From Candidatus Babelota bacterium (GTDB lineage Bacteria > Babelota > Babeliae > Babelales > JAUPTZ01), in NCBI GenBank assembly GCA_030917815.1, contig JAUPTZ010000005.1, positions 23,106 to 87,105 of the forward strand: a DNA stretch of 64,000 nt. Direction: 5' to 3'. Numbering within the stretch: the first letter of the stretch is position 1; each line of letters starts with the position of its first letter. The position numbers were made by a program, and so were the translations under genes. The notes beneath the pieces are model-generated. The model worked only from the letters and a program-made list of their open reading frames with translations, made no database searches and was not told the DNA's origin. Shown piece by piece: positions 8,276-17,482 of this stretch.

Positions 8276-11200
8276 TTACTCCTTTTGCTTGCTGAACTGC
8301 TCTTCTTCCGCTACTAAATCATCATACATGCGCTTGTTGATCCCAAAGGCGTTTTCACGTTGGATAACCAAATGTGGATACGGTATTCCAATACCATTCT
8401 CCTGAAGCACCTTTAGAAGCTCTATACGAATCTGCCCGGCAATATCCCATTGCTCTCGCACTCGTCGAGAACTAATAAAGGCTCTCACCTTGTACTCAAG
8501 CCCATTATCGCCGAAATTCTCTAACCGCACCATCACTGCAGGAATACGCAACACCTGCGGATTATTTGCAACCACCTGCGCAATTAAATCACGAGCTAGT
8601 TGCGCATCAGCATGATATGACACGGTGACATCAAACTCAAATCCAACCGCGTAATAGCCGCCACCCCAATTAATAATCGGCTTACTGGTCAATTCGCTGT
8701 TGGGCACAATAACCGAGTAGTTTTGCGCCGTCCGAATAGTGGTTGCCCGCAACGCGATCTTCTTTACCACACCCCGGAGCGAACCGGTTTCAATATAGTT
8801 GCCCGGCTCCATAGGACGCTCAATCAAAATCCATAAACCGGAGAAAAAGTCGGCAACAAGATTCTTCGCACCGAATGAAATACCCAATGCTAAACCAAAC
8901 AACAACCAATTCCCCAGCTGCCCAAGCTTAATGGCATGCAGCCCAAGAATGATCGCCAAGAAGATAATTGCATAATGCAGAATGCGCGTGGCTGTGTTCT
9001 GCGCACCAGCCTCAACGCGAAAAATATCAAAGAGCTTTACCAAAACAAATCGAGTAAATACCGAAGAGATGACAAAGCCAGAAACAACAAACAGTGAAAG
9101 GGTCAATAAGCCGCCAAAACCGATGTGGACACCGGTTTCTGCAATAGTCAAAACCCAGTCCTGACTGAGACCCTGCCAAAGTCTTGCTAACGTATAATCA
9201 ACCCCCCAGATACTGGTTGTCGCAATAAAACCGAGCGTACACATAATTAAAAACGTCAGCAAAATGAAAACACCGTAATACATTTTTGCGTGCTCAAAGC
9301 GATCGGTCCCTTCTTCATCAGAGCCTTCTTCATCTCTAATGAAGAGCGCCATCGAATGCCGACGAATCGAGGTATGTAACGCAAGTAATCCGTAGATTAC
9401 CGCTACGGTTAATGGTAGACAGGCAGCCAAGTAGAAAGCCAAATTTGAATAGCCAACATAGGGATTAATAAGAATCAAAAAACCCATGATAAAGATGAAC
9501 ACGGGGTAATAATACTGATCAACAATGTTGCTAATAAAAGCACCAAAACGGCCATGCGAGGGAATAAGCCGTAACACGTCCTGCTTGTTGAAGAAAAGCA
9601 AAAATACCACCGAAATAGCCAAGGTCCAGGCCCCATAAATAACATTAGGTACCGACGAAGCGCTACGATCAAAAATATCAACAACGACACTACACAAAAA
9701 GACTTGTCGCAGTGGCAGCAAAATAGCGCTTATATATAACACCGAAGAAAGAAGCAGGAGAAATTTTTCCTGCAAGGTCTCGGTAAAGAAAAGAAAGCTC
9801 ATTCGCTGATTTATCGTCTTCACTTCTCGCATTAGATGACGAGCTAGATACAGAAAGAACGGTATAGAACAAACATAAAACATGGAAACAAAATAGGGGC
9901 CATAAAGCGGAGTTAGACCGGAGAAAATGTAGTACCCGCAGCGAAACCCGATATGCAGTCGAATACAAAGCCAGAACGCAATACCCCGACTATATTGCTC
10001 AACAAATCGAACAAAGGAGCGAAATACGGTTAAGTAGATTGCCCATATTTTTCCTTGATAAATATACAACAACCGATCGATATACCGCCCCAAGTAATTA
10101 ACTAAAAACTGAAATCCTGCCACAAAAAGCGAAAGCAGCAAAAAGAAGAAAAACAGTAGAAAGTAGGTCGACCATGGCTGCGTAAATCCGTCGTAGATCA
10201 AAGTAAGTGGCGAGAATATCTGCATTGTCTTATCATACATAACGTGGGCAAAATTACGTATATCACTCCAGGCTTGCTTCAATTGTATATAAGAAACCGC
10301 ACGACGAGACCGCTGCCAAATATTAATCGCTCGCTGCTCCCGCACCAATTCATCAAGCACAAAAAGAGCATCACTCTTCATAGATCGACACAACTCAACA
10401 TGCTGATTATTAACCGATAAGATCTCCTGATCAATGCGGCGCAATTCCATAACGATATCACGCAATACTTCATACACATACATAGCCTGAGGGCTTAATT
10501 TGCTATTTTGAAGCTTGCTAACCACAAGCTCCCCAAGCTTACGATGATCTTCACCACGCAAAGTACCCTCTTGAATATAATCATTCAATTGCTCAAGACT
10601 GGTATCCACTCGCTTGCTAATTTGATTGATGTCATTAAACCAACCATTAATTTTTTGCGGCACTACATTTCCAGAAAAATCATTAGCTCGATCATACATC
10701 ATACTTACAATGAAAAGCTGCAGCTCTTTTTGTTCAACTTTTTCCTCGATGAAGTGTTTGCGATGACCAAGAAATAATTCACGGCCGTAGAGTAACTGCA
10801 ACTCTTGGTCTATTTTTTCAACCTCTGCACCATACACTTCATTCTTAACTTTAAGCGTCTCAATCGACTGTTTGCGCTTAATAATCGCTTCTTTTTCACG
10901 GCGAATGCGACGAAATTCACGTGCTAATAATGCGTTTTCTTCAGTGGTCTCAGATTTCTGATTTTTAAGCTCTTGATCAGCAAGTGCAATGTCGGTTTGC
11001 TCAAAGATCATACGCTCCTGCATATCAGGGAGCCGCTGCTCAAGCTGATGCACCACATATTTTTGAAGCGCGCATTCGGTTGTATGGAGCGACTCACGTT
11101 GCGTATGATAGTCCTGCTCAAGCTTTTGCACTTGAACTGTTTCTTCAATGAGCGCTTTCTGCAAGCTGATGAGCGTCACAAAATATTCTCGTTGATTTGA

Positions 11201-11896
11201 ATCAACAGTACTATCGCGGCGCGACTCTAGCTCAAAAAGCTCTTGCTCTAACTGCTTCCCATACAAAGAAATCTGGTCGGTAAACCGCATTCCTTCGCGA
11301 ACAACCAAGCCCCTTTTTTCCTTAAGATAGCCAAGCTTTTCGCTCTCTTCGGTTAATTTTCTTTTTGCTTCTTTAAACTGCAACCAAGAACAGGCCGATT
11401 TTTGCCCATCATCGCCAGAGTGCTGCATATCATTGCTCAGCACCGCAATAAACCGTTTCAGCAGGAGCTCATATTCATCAATGACTTTACTAATCAAATC
11501 ACACACCTCTACCAACTTAATAGCGGCTTTCTCGCGCTCCATAAAAAGTATGCGCACTTCATCATCAACCGGAGAATGGTCACCCAAAAGCAATAACTTC
11601 TGCTTAAGCGCCTCAACACGCTCACGCGCCTGTACTTGTAAATTTGATGAGCGAATGCGAAATTCTTCCTTGTGTTGCTGCAGCTTAACAAACTGCTCCT
11701 GGCGACTTGCATACTCTTTTTGACGCGCAACATCGGAACTTTTAAGAAAAGCAAAACTAATGTCTTTACTGTTCCCATTAATCAAATTAAAGGGAAAGCC
11801 ATCCATGGTCATGGAGTGAAGAGTAGATATGCTACATACTACACCGTATAAAATAAGTGCTTTGAGCGCAATTGAGTGTTGTTTTCTGTGGTTCAT
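8276..11896 (-). CDS. MscK/MscM-like large mechanosensitive channel (MscS family)
   Basis: 1206 aa: a signal peptide, about 500 aa of coiled-coil-like sequence rich in E, K, Q and L, about 11 hydrophobic helices, and a C-terminal MscS domain (GAKNLVADFFSGLWILIERPMEPGNYIE). Confidence 0.85.
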   Translation of the reverse strand: MNHRKQHSIALKALILYGVVCSISTLHSMTMDGFPFNLINGNSKDISFAFLKSSDVARQKEYASRQEQFVKLQQHKEEFRIRSSNLQVQARERVEALKQKLLLLGDHSPVDDEVRILFMEREKAAIKLVEVCDLISKVIDEYELLLKRFIAVLSNDMQHSGDDGQKSACSWLQFKEAKRKLTEESEKLGYLKEKRGLVVREGMRFTDQISLYGKQLEQELFELESRRDSTVDSNQREYFVTLISLQKALIEETVQVQKLEQDYHTQRESLHTTECALQKYVVHQLEQRLPDMQERMIFEQTDIALADQELKNQKSETTEENALLAREFRRIRREKEAIIKRKQSIETLKVKNEVYGAEVEKIDQELQLLYGRELFLGHRKHFIEEKVEQKELQLFIVSMMYDRANDFSGNVVPQKINGWFNDINQISKRVDTSLEQLNDYIQEGTLRGEDHRKLGELVVSKLQNSKLSPQAMYVYEVLRDIVMELRRIDQEILSVNNQHVELCRSMKSDALFVLDELVREQRAINIWQRSRRAVSYIQLKQAWSDIRNFAHVMYDKTMQIFSPLTLIYDGFTQPWSTYFLLFFFFLLLSLFVAGFQFLVNYLGRYIDRLLYIYQGKIWAIYLTVFRSFVRFVEQYSRGIAFWLCIRLHIGFRCGYYIFSGLTPLYGPYFVSMFYVCSIPFFLYLARHLMREVKTINQRMSFLFFTETLQEKFLLLLSSVLYISAILLPLRQVFLCSVVVDIFDRSASSVPNVIYGAWTLAISVVFLLFFNKQDVLRLIPSHGRFGAFISNIVDQYYYPVFIFIMGFLILINPYVGYSNLAFYLAACLPLTVAVIYGLLALHTSIRRHSMALFIRDEEGSDEEGTDRFEHAKMYYGVFILLTFLIMCTLGFIATTSIWGVDYTLARLWQGLSQDWVLTIAETGVHIGFGGLLTLSLFVVSGFVISSVFTRFVLVKLFDIFRVEAGAQNTATRILHYAIIFLAIILGLHAIKLGQLGNWLLFGLALGISFGAKNLVADFFSGLWILIERPMEPGNYIETGSLRGVVKKIALRATTIRTAQNYSVIVPNSELTSKPIINWGGGYYAVGFEFDVTVSYHADAQLARDLIAQVVANNPQVLRIPAVMVRLENFGDNGLEYKVRAFISSRRVREQWDIAGQIRIELLKVLQENGIGIPYPHLVIQRENAFGINKRMYDDLVAEEEQFSKQKE

Positions 11897-11902
11897 AGCT
11901 TG

Positions 11903-12535
11903 TTATCCTGCTATACGATACAACTGATTTAAAAAGTTCTGTGTTTTAAGATAATGAAAATGATCGTGTTGCACAACCATCGACATCAACCATTGATCAA
12001 GAAGCTCAACCGAATGAGCATGTGTTACCTCTAATTCCATCTTCAATTGCGGATCAATACCCTGCTCCAGGCCGTGCAATTCAATCTGACCAAGGACCTG
12101 GCGATACCAACGCAATTGCTCCGGCACATGGTATCCAAGCAATGAAAAAAAATGCGCAACAAATAATTTGAATACAATATCAGGAGCAGCTGATATACGA
12201 AGGACCTGAATTAACAGGGAAAAAAGATCACCACTTGGCTGTTGCAGCGGCACGTAGTAAAAATACATATCCAGAACATGATTCTGCCAGAAAAATGAGC
12301 CCATATCGGCCCCGGCAACTCGTGTGACCACCGATTCCAAATCGTACAAAAACCAGCGATTGCCCTGTGCGGCGAGCGATGCATAACAAATATCACCAAC
12401 AATCGCCTCTTGCCATTGCTTTTTCCGTCGCATATCATGGACAGTCAAGCGGCCATACAGCGGAGTATACAACGAGAGCCTTATCGGCTCTAATCCTACG
12501 TTTCGCAATACAACTGCTTGAATAATGGTTTGCAT
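11903..12535 (-). CDS. hypothetical protein (weak RecO-like N-terminus)
   Basis: 210 aa. The N-terminus (IQAVVLRNVGLEPIRLSLYTPLYGRLTV) resembles the RecO OB-fold start, with no Cys zinc finger. The assignment is tentative. Confidence 0.3.
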   Translation of the reverse strand: MQTIIQAVVLRNVGLEPIRLSLYTPLYGRLTVHDMRRKKQWQEAIVGDICYASLAAQGNRWFLYDLESVVTRVAGADMGSFFWQNHVLDMYFYYVPLQQPSGDLFSLLIQVLRISAAPDIVFKLFVAHFFSLLGYHVPEQLRWYRQVLGQIELHGLEQGIDPQLKMELEVTHAHSVELLDQWLMSMVVQHDHFHYLKTQNFLNQLYRIAG

Positions 12536-12586
12536 TCTAGTACCTTTTCGCTACCTTAATGTCGGCAGCATACCATAGGAATTTTT

Positions 12587-13933
12587 ATGAACATACGATT
12601 TAGTGCTCTTGCCTTTTTATTCTCTCTGCTTGCCCCAGCGCTGGTCGCACAGCTTCCGGCTGAATACAATACTAAGCAAAAAGCTATTCTCTTGCTAAAC
12701 AGTCTGGATGCACAAGTCTGGCAAAGCACGGCACCTCATCATCAACTTGATCCGCTCTTCACTCTGCAGCCAGTACTCGATGCATTACCTGGGTTACCCT
12801 CAACCGCAACCCTCTTCATTTCACACACACCACATGTTGTCACCATCGAGAAATTAATAAATCCGGCCGCATTTGAAGATACCACCCTGCAACCATTTAT
12901 AGATTCGGCAGAAAAAATAGAAACTCAAGAGCATAGCGCCGGATTGCACATCGGCCAGCTGTGGGCACAAGACAACCTCGAACTTACTTGGCAATGGTGG
13001 ATCGGTGCCCGCCAACGAAATTGGTGGCTACACGGCGATGCACGCAAAGAATATCTTCAAACACTACAAAACTACAGCGGTTCACCAATTAGAACAGCAC
13101 GCGACGCCCACGCCCCACAAGAACCACAACATCGTCTCACGATGTGGCACGCAACAAGCACCAATATTGGCCTTGGCGATATGCACTTGCAGCTCAGATA
13201 TCGTCTTCCACTTGGCAATCGTTTTTCCTGTGCCTTTGGCGCGTATACCACTATTCCGATAGGCTCATTAGCAAATCGTCAGACACCACAAACCACCGAA
13301 GATGTAATCCCTCTAGATGGCGACAATGAATTAGCGTTGCGGCTTATCAATCGAGCGCGCGACATAATGCTGTGCACCCCACTTGGAGCAGCCGGTCATT
13401 TTGGTATTGGTGGGCACATCCAAGCGCAAATAAATCTTTCTCAACGCTGGGCAATTCGTGGTCAATTTACACAAATACATTATCGCGGTGGACTTGAAAA
13501 TCGTTTCGCGTTGACGCCCGCAACCGCATTAAATCGCCTTGAAGAGGGAATGCCTGGCACCTTAGAAAACATCAGCAGCAACGAACTTATTATGCAACAC
13601 CTCAAACAAAAGCTGTATCCAACCGATATCAAAATTGAAGTACGTCCCGGCATAACACGCATTAACGGCATTGCGCTTAATTACGCCAACATTCCTTTTC
13701 ATGGATCGCTTGGCTATCTTCACACAAGCACTGACAGTGAATACAGTGAGTCGGCGCCGTTCGCAACATTGACACGCACCCGCAATGAAAATCATCAAAT
13801 CAATGCAACTGCGGGATGGCGTCGCCGTCAAAGTTGGGGTGAGGCCTCATCATATATGACCGGCCATTACACGATCAACGGCACGCAAAAGGGTGCATGG
13901 GGATTTGGTGTTGGCGCAACCGTACAGGCATAA
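12587..13933 (+). CDS. putative outer-membrane beta-barrel protein
   Basis: Signal peptide (LLAPALVAQ). The C-terminal half is rich in Gly and aromatic residues in an alternating pattern (GAWGFGVGATVQA). I recognise no family. Confidence 0.5.
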   Translation: MNIRFSALAFLFSLLAPALVAQLPAEYNTKQKAILLLNSLDAQVWQSTAPHHQLDPLFTLQPVLDALPGLPSTATLFISHTPHVVTIEKLINPAAFEDTTLQPFIDSAEKIETQEHSAGLHIGQLWAQDNLELTWQWWIGARQRNWWLHGDARKEYLQTLQNYSGSPIRTARDAHAPQEPQHRLTMWHATSTNIGLGDMHLQLRYRLPLGNRFSCAFGAYTTIPIGSLANRQTPQTTEDVIPLDGDNELALRLINRARDIMLCTPLGAAGHFGIGGHIQAQINLSQRWAIRGQFTQIHYRGGLENRFALTPATALNRLEEGMPGTLENISSNELIMQHLKQKLYPTDIKIEVRPGITRINGIALNYANIPFHGSLGYLHTSTDSEYSESAPFATLTRTRNENHQINATAGWRRRQSWGEASSYMTGHYTINGTQKGAWGFGVGATVQA

Positions 13934-13938
13934 GTCGG

Positions 13939-14481
13939 CTAACTATTGGATAATTTTGACTTAACAAAATTGGATATTGCTGGCAACGCAAGATGTACAC
14001 CGGCAGCAAGACCGGCAACGAGTGTGCCTATTGCTATTTTGCGAAGCCGTAATAGCCGCTGATAAGCCTTGCTAATCTTCAAAAACTCTTCATTTTGACA
14101 TGAGTATGTCTTAGTAAAAGTCGCCATTTGCTCACGAAGATCTGGCCATCGCGCAAGCACAGCCGCTTCCATTGCAATACGCTGTTCTGCGCTTGAGAGT
14201 GTATGATAGTTTTCTGGCAAATCACCGGAAAAGCTCTCATCAGAGCCGTCCATCCCCTTGCTATCAATAAATGCGCTTGAGAGGTAGAAGGCGTAAAGAT
14301 CTTCAATGCCCGCTTTTACATACTTAATATCTTTATTCAGGCGTATCAGCCAGATAGTACCATAAGAAACCGCTGCTGGCGCAAACGCAATCTCCGCACG
14401 ATGCCAGGCAGATCGAGCAGTTGCCACACCCACAGAACCAGAAATGAGTAAAAACAAAAGAAAAGGCAGACGCTTTCTCAT
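13939..14481 (-). CDS. secreted/membrane hypothetical protein (180 aa)
   Basis: Signal peptide plus a C-terminal hydrophobic helix. TAGGATT SD-like sequence lies upstream of the ATG. Confidence 0.5.
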   Translation of the reverse strand: MRKRLPFLLFLLISGSVGVATARSAWHRAEIAFAPAAVSYGTIWLIRLNKDIKYVKAGIEDLYAFYLSSAFIDSKGMDGSDESFSGDLPENYHTLSSAEQRIAMEAAVLARWPDLREQMATFTKTYSCQNEEFLKISKAYQRLLRLRKIAIGTLVAGLAAGVHLALPAISNFVKSKLSNS

Positions 14482-14505
14482 TAAAATCCTATAACGCTAC
14501 GCTCA

Positions 14506-14589
14506 TTAGAAACAAGTAAGCACAGTATATACCAAAATGCTAAGACCCATAAGGGCTGCAACCGTACGCAGTATTATTTTTTTCATCAT
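14506..14589 (-). CDS. candidate 27-aa hydrophobic small protein (absent from the ORF track)
   Basis: Encodes MMKKIILRTVAALMGLSILVYTVLTCF. The ATG overlaps the upstream TGA (GTATGATGA). TAGGATT lies 5 nt upstream, the same SD-like motif as the next gene. Confidence 0.3.
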   Translation of the reverse strand: MMKKIILRTVAALMGLSILVYTVLTCF

Positions 14590-15140
14590 ACTAATCCTAC
14601 AAAACCTGATGGTCTAAAATGATTTCGGGCACTATAACGCACGGCATTCAAGGTATTTGTTACACCAACCACCGCATCAAACATTCTTCCTCGTTGGGCA
14701 AAACCTCGTTGATCTTTAAGCGCAACCTCTTCTTCTTTAGATGGGTTAGCCGCTAATTTTGTATCTATATCTTTCTTTTGCGCATTGAGCTGTGAAACAC
14801 GATCGGTAGCCGAAAGAGCGAAACCGGCACCGGGAATAAAGGCACTCGCAAGAGCTACTTTAATTGGATTTCTACTAATAGCTCTGCTCGCGCTACCTGC
14901 GCCACTGCTAGCCTGAGGCATGGGAGCCGTTGAAACGGTCGACGTCGCAGACGCAGCTGGCGTTGCGGTCGTAGTATTCGTAGTAGGTTTTGGTGAGCCG
15001 GCTCGCGATCCAGAGCCATTAGCACGACTCTTTGATGTTCTCGCCGATGAACCCCAAATCGATTTTTTAAACAATCCGGCATTGCAGTGAACCCCGCTCA
15101 GCACGATACAGACTGTCAGAAGAGCATAGAATTTTTTCAT
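14586..15140 (-). CDS. secreted low-complexity (Ser/Thr/Ala-rich) hypothetical protein
   Basis: The likely start is MKKFYALLTVCIVLSGVHCNA, internal to track ORF 14586..15209. This gives a signal peptide followed by an S/T/A-rich linker. Confidence 0.5.
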   Translation of the reverse strand: MKKFYALLTVCIVLSGVHCNAGLFKKSIWGSSARTSKSRANGSGSRAGSPKPTTNTTTATPAASATSTVSTAPMPQASSGAGSASRAISRNPIKVALASAFIPGAGFALSATDRVSQLNAQKKDIDTKLAANPSKEEEVALKDQRGFAQRGRMFDAVVGVTNTLNAVRYSARNHFRPSGFVGLV

Positions 15141-15247
15141 ACGCAGCCGAACCTCATGTTTAATTCTCAACACCGCTATTAAGAGATAACTATTAATACA
15201 GTATGGCAAAAACGCTGAAGTTCAAACAAGGGTTTGAGGGTTGGCAC

Positions 15248-15278
15248 AAAAAAAGGGCCCATCGTTTCCGATGAGCCC
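15248..15278 (-). terminator. rho-independent terminator downstream of hppA
   Basis: On the minus strand: GGGCTCATCG-gaaa-CGATGGGCCC (9 of 10 bp paired) followed by a T7 run, 20 nt after the hppA stop. Confidence 0.8.
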
Positions 15279-15297
15279 TTTTAAAATCTTAAAGTCG

Positions 15298-17286
15298 TTA
15301 TACGGTTGCAATCAACAACGAGATAATCGACATAAGCTTAATTAAAATATTAAGCGATGGACCAGAGGTGTCTTTGAAAGGGTCCCCAACCGTATCGCCC
15401 ACAACGGCCGCTTTATGAGCTTCTGAGCCCTTACCACCAAAGTTACCGGCTTCGATATACTTCTTAGCGTTATCCCATGCACCGCCACCATTAGCCATTG
15501 AAAGAGCTAACAAGATACCGGATAAGGTAGCACCAGCAAGGAAACCACCAAGAGCGGCCTTACCTTGAGCACCAAACACCAAGCGCACTACGATTGGCGA
15601 AACAATAGTAAGAACGGCTGGCAAGAACATTTCTCTCAACGCAGCGGTCGTACTAATTTCAATACAGCGATCATAGTCGGCTTCGGCTTTGCCTTCCATT
15701 AAACCAGGAATTTCTTTGAACTGACGGCGAACTTCTTCTACCATCTTCCATGCAGCCGATCCCACAGAACGCATCGTCAACGCAGAAATAAGGTATGGCA
15801 TCACACCACCAATGAAGAGACCGGAAATAATAACCGGATTCAAAAGATCAAGATGCTCAACACCTGCTTTGGTGCAATAAGCGGCAAACATCGCCAACGA
15901 GGCCAATGCGGCTGAACCAATAGCAAACCCTTTTCCAAGCGCTGCAGTTGTATTTCCCAACGCATCAAGACGGTCGGTAATTTCACGAACTTTTGACCCA
16001 AGACCGGCCATTTCTGAAATACCACCAGCATTATCAGCAATAGGTCCGTACGCGTCTACCGACATCGTAATACCAACGGTTGCAAGCATAGAGACTGCGG
16101 CAATAGAAACACCGTACAGATCACCACCATACGTAAATGAAGCATAGATAACACCGGCAAGAGCTATGACCGAAAGAACAATCGATTCATACCCAAGGGC
16201 AAGACCATAAATCAAGTTTGTTGCGGCGCCAGATTGTGACGCTTCGGCAAGCTCACGTACCGGCTTACCACTCGTGTAGTAGTCGGTCAACATACCAACA
16301 ACCACGCCAGAGATACCACCAAGAAGAACCGAAACAAAAAGCTCCATTGGCAAACCAGTGTGTACAATATACCAATACGCACCAGTAACGAATAAGGCAA
16401 TAGCTACGTAAGTAGCATTGTGCAACATCGCTGCAAGCTTGGTGCGAATAACAAAGACTGAAAGAAGACCAACCATCGATCCTAAAAGACCGATCGCGGA
16501 AAGAACAATAGGAAGACTAATGTAGAGCAAATCGGCACCTTGAAGCTCAATGGCAAGAACCATAGAAGCAATACACGAACCAACGTAGGATTCAAAGATA
16601 TCGGCACCCATACCAGCAGTATCACCGACACAATCACCAACGTTATCGGCTATAACAGCAGGATTACGTGGATCATCTTCAGGAATACCCATTTCAACTT
16701 TACCTACAAGGTCAGCACCAACGTCGGCCGCTTTGGTAAAGATACCGCCACCAACGCGAGCAAACAATGCGATGGAACTTGCACCAAGGCCGTAGCAGGT
16801 AATCAATTGAATGAAATACTCTGCATCGCCAGCAACGAAGAAATAAAACAAACCACCAAGACCAAGAAGGCCAAGTGAGGCAACTACAAATCCCATAACC
16901 GATCCACCAAACAAGGCGGTCAGAAATGCAGCGTATTCGCCATCATCTTTGGCAGCCATAGTGGTACGTTCATTCGCAATAGTAGCAGCACGCATACCAA
17001 TAAAGCCGGCAAGCATCGATGACCAGGCGCCAATCGCGTAAGCACTTGCGGCTACCGCGTTAAAGACATAAGAAAGGATAACAAAGGCGAGGACAATAAC
17101 CGCCATAAGAATAGTATATTCTTTTCTTAAGAAAGCCATTGCACCAAGGCGAATAAGGCGACCAATATGGGCGACCTTTTTATCGGTAACAGCCCGTCTA
17201 GCAATTAAGCCAAACATGATAAAGGTAGTCATCATCCCAAGCAGGGACACTGACACAAACATTGCTAGATAACTCAAAAGCTCCAT
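15298..17286 (-). CDS. hppA: membrane-integral K+-dependent-type pyrophosphatase (H+/Na+-PPase)
   Basis: Motifs [32 protein letters not shown] and [10 protein letters not shown] (Ala at the K+-dependence position). The ATG at 17286 has AAGGAG 5 nt upstream, and the track ORF begins at an upstream TTG. Confidence 0.95.
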   Translation of the reverse strand: MELLSYLAMFVSVSLLGMMTTFIMFGLIARRAVTDKKVAHIGRLIRLGAMAFLRKEYTILMAVIVLAFVILSYVFNAVAASAYAIGAWSSMLAGFIGMRAATIANERTTMAAKDDGEYAAFLTALFGGSVMGFVVASLGLLGLGGLFYFFVAGDAEYFIQLITCYGLGASSIALFARVGGGIFTKAADVGADLVGKVEMGIPEDDPRNPAVIADNVGDCVGDTAGMGADIFESYVGSCIASMVLAIELQGADLLYISLPIVLSAIGLLGSMVGLLSVFVIRTKLAAMLHNATYVAIALFVTGAYWYIVHTGLPMELFVSVLLGGISGVVVGMLTDYYTSGKPVRELAEASQSGAATNLIYGLALGYESIVLSVIALAGVIYASFTYGGDLYGVSIAAVSMLATVGITMSVDAYGPIADNAGGISEMAGLGSKVREITDRLDALGNTTAALGKGFAIGSAALASLAMFAAYCTKAGVEHLDLLNPVIISGLFIGGVMPYLISALTMRSVGSAAWKMVEEVRRQFKEIPGLMEGKAEADYDRCIEISTTAALREMFLPAVLTIVSPIVVRLVFGAQGKAALGGFLAGATLSGILLALSMANGGGAWDNAKKYIEAGNFGGKGSEAHKAAVVGDTVGDPFKDTSGPSLNILIKLMSIISLLIATV

Positions 17287-17364
17287 GCATTCTCCTTGGA
17301 ACAATTAACACATATTACAACTCAGTAGGAACCTTCCGCAGAAACCCTACAGAAGAAGGGGATT

Positions 17365-17392
17365 AGTTTAATGAACTGGCCGTTTTTGTAAA
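17365..17392 (-). promoter_or_regulatory. candidate sigma70-type promoter for hppA
   Basis: On the minus strand: TTTACA, 16 nt, TAAACT, about 75 nt upstream of the hppA start. Confidence 0.3.
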
Positions 17393-17482
17393 GTAATTCC
17401 CTCAACGCGCCGCGGGAACCACCCGCGTTTCGAGATATGTTGGCGTCAACGTGCCGCTGGGCGAGTGCATTCCAAAAGCCGG

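Noticed and set aside
17411-17427. GC hairpin CGCGGG-aacca-CCCGCG downstream of M16 paralog 1, as a possible terminator
   Set aside because: No U-tract follows it on the minus (transcribed) strand. It may still be a processing or stability element, but I cannot call it a terminator.
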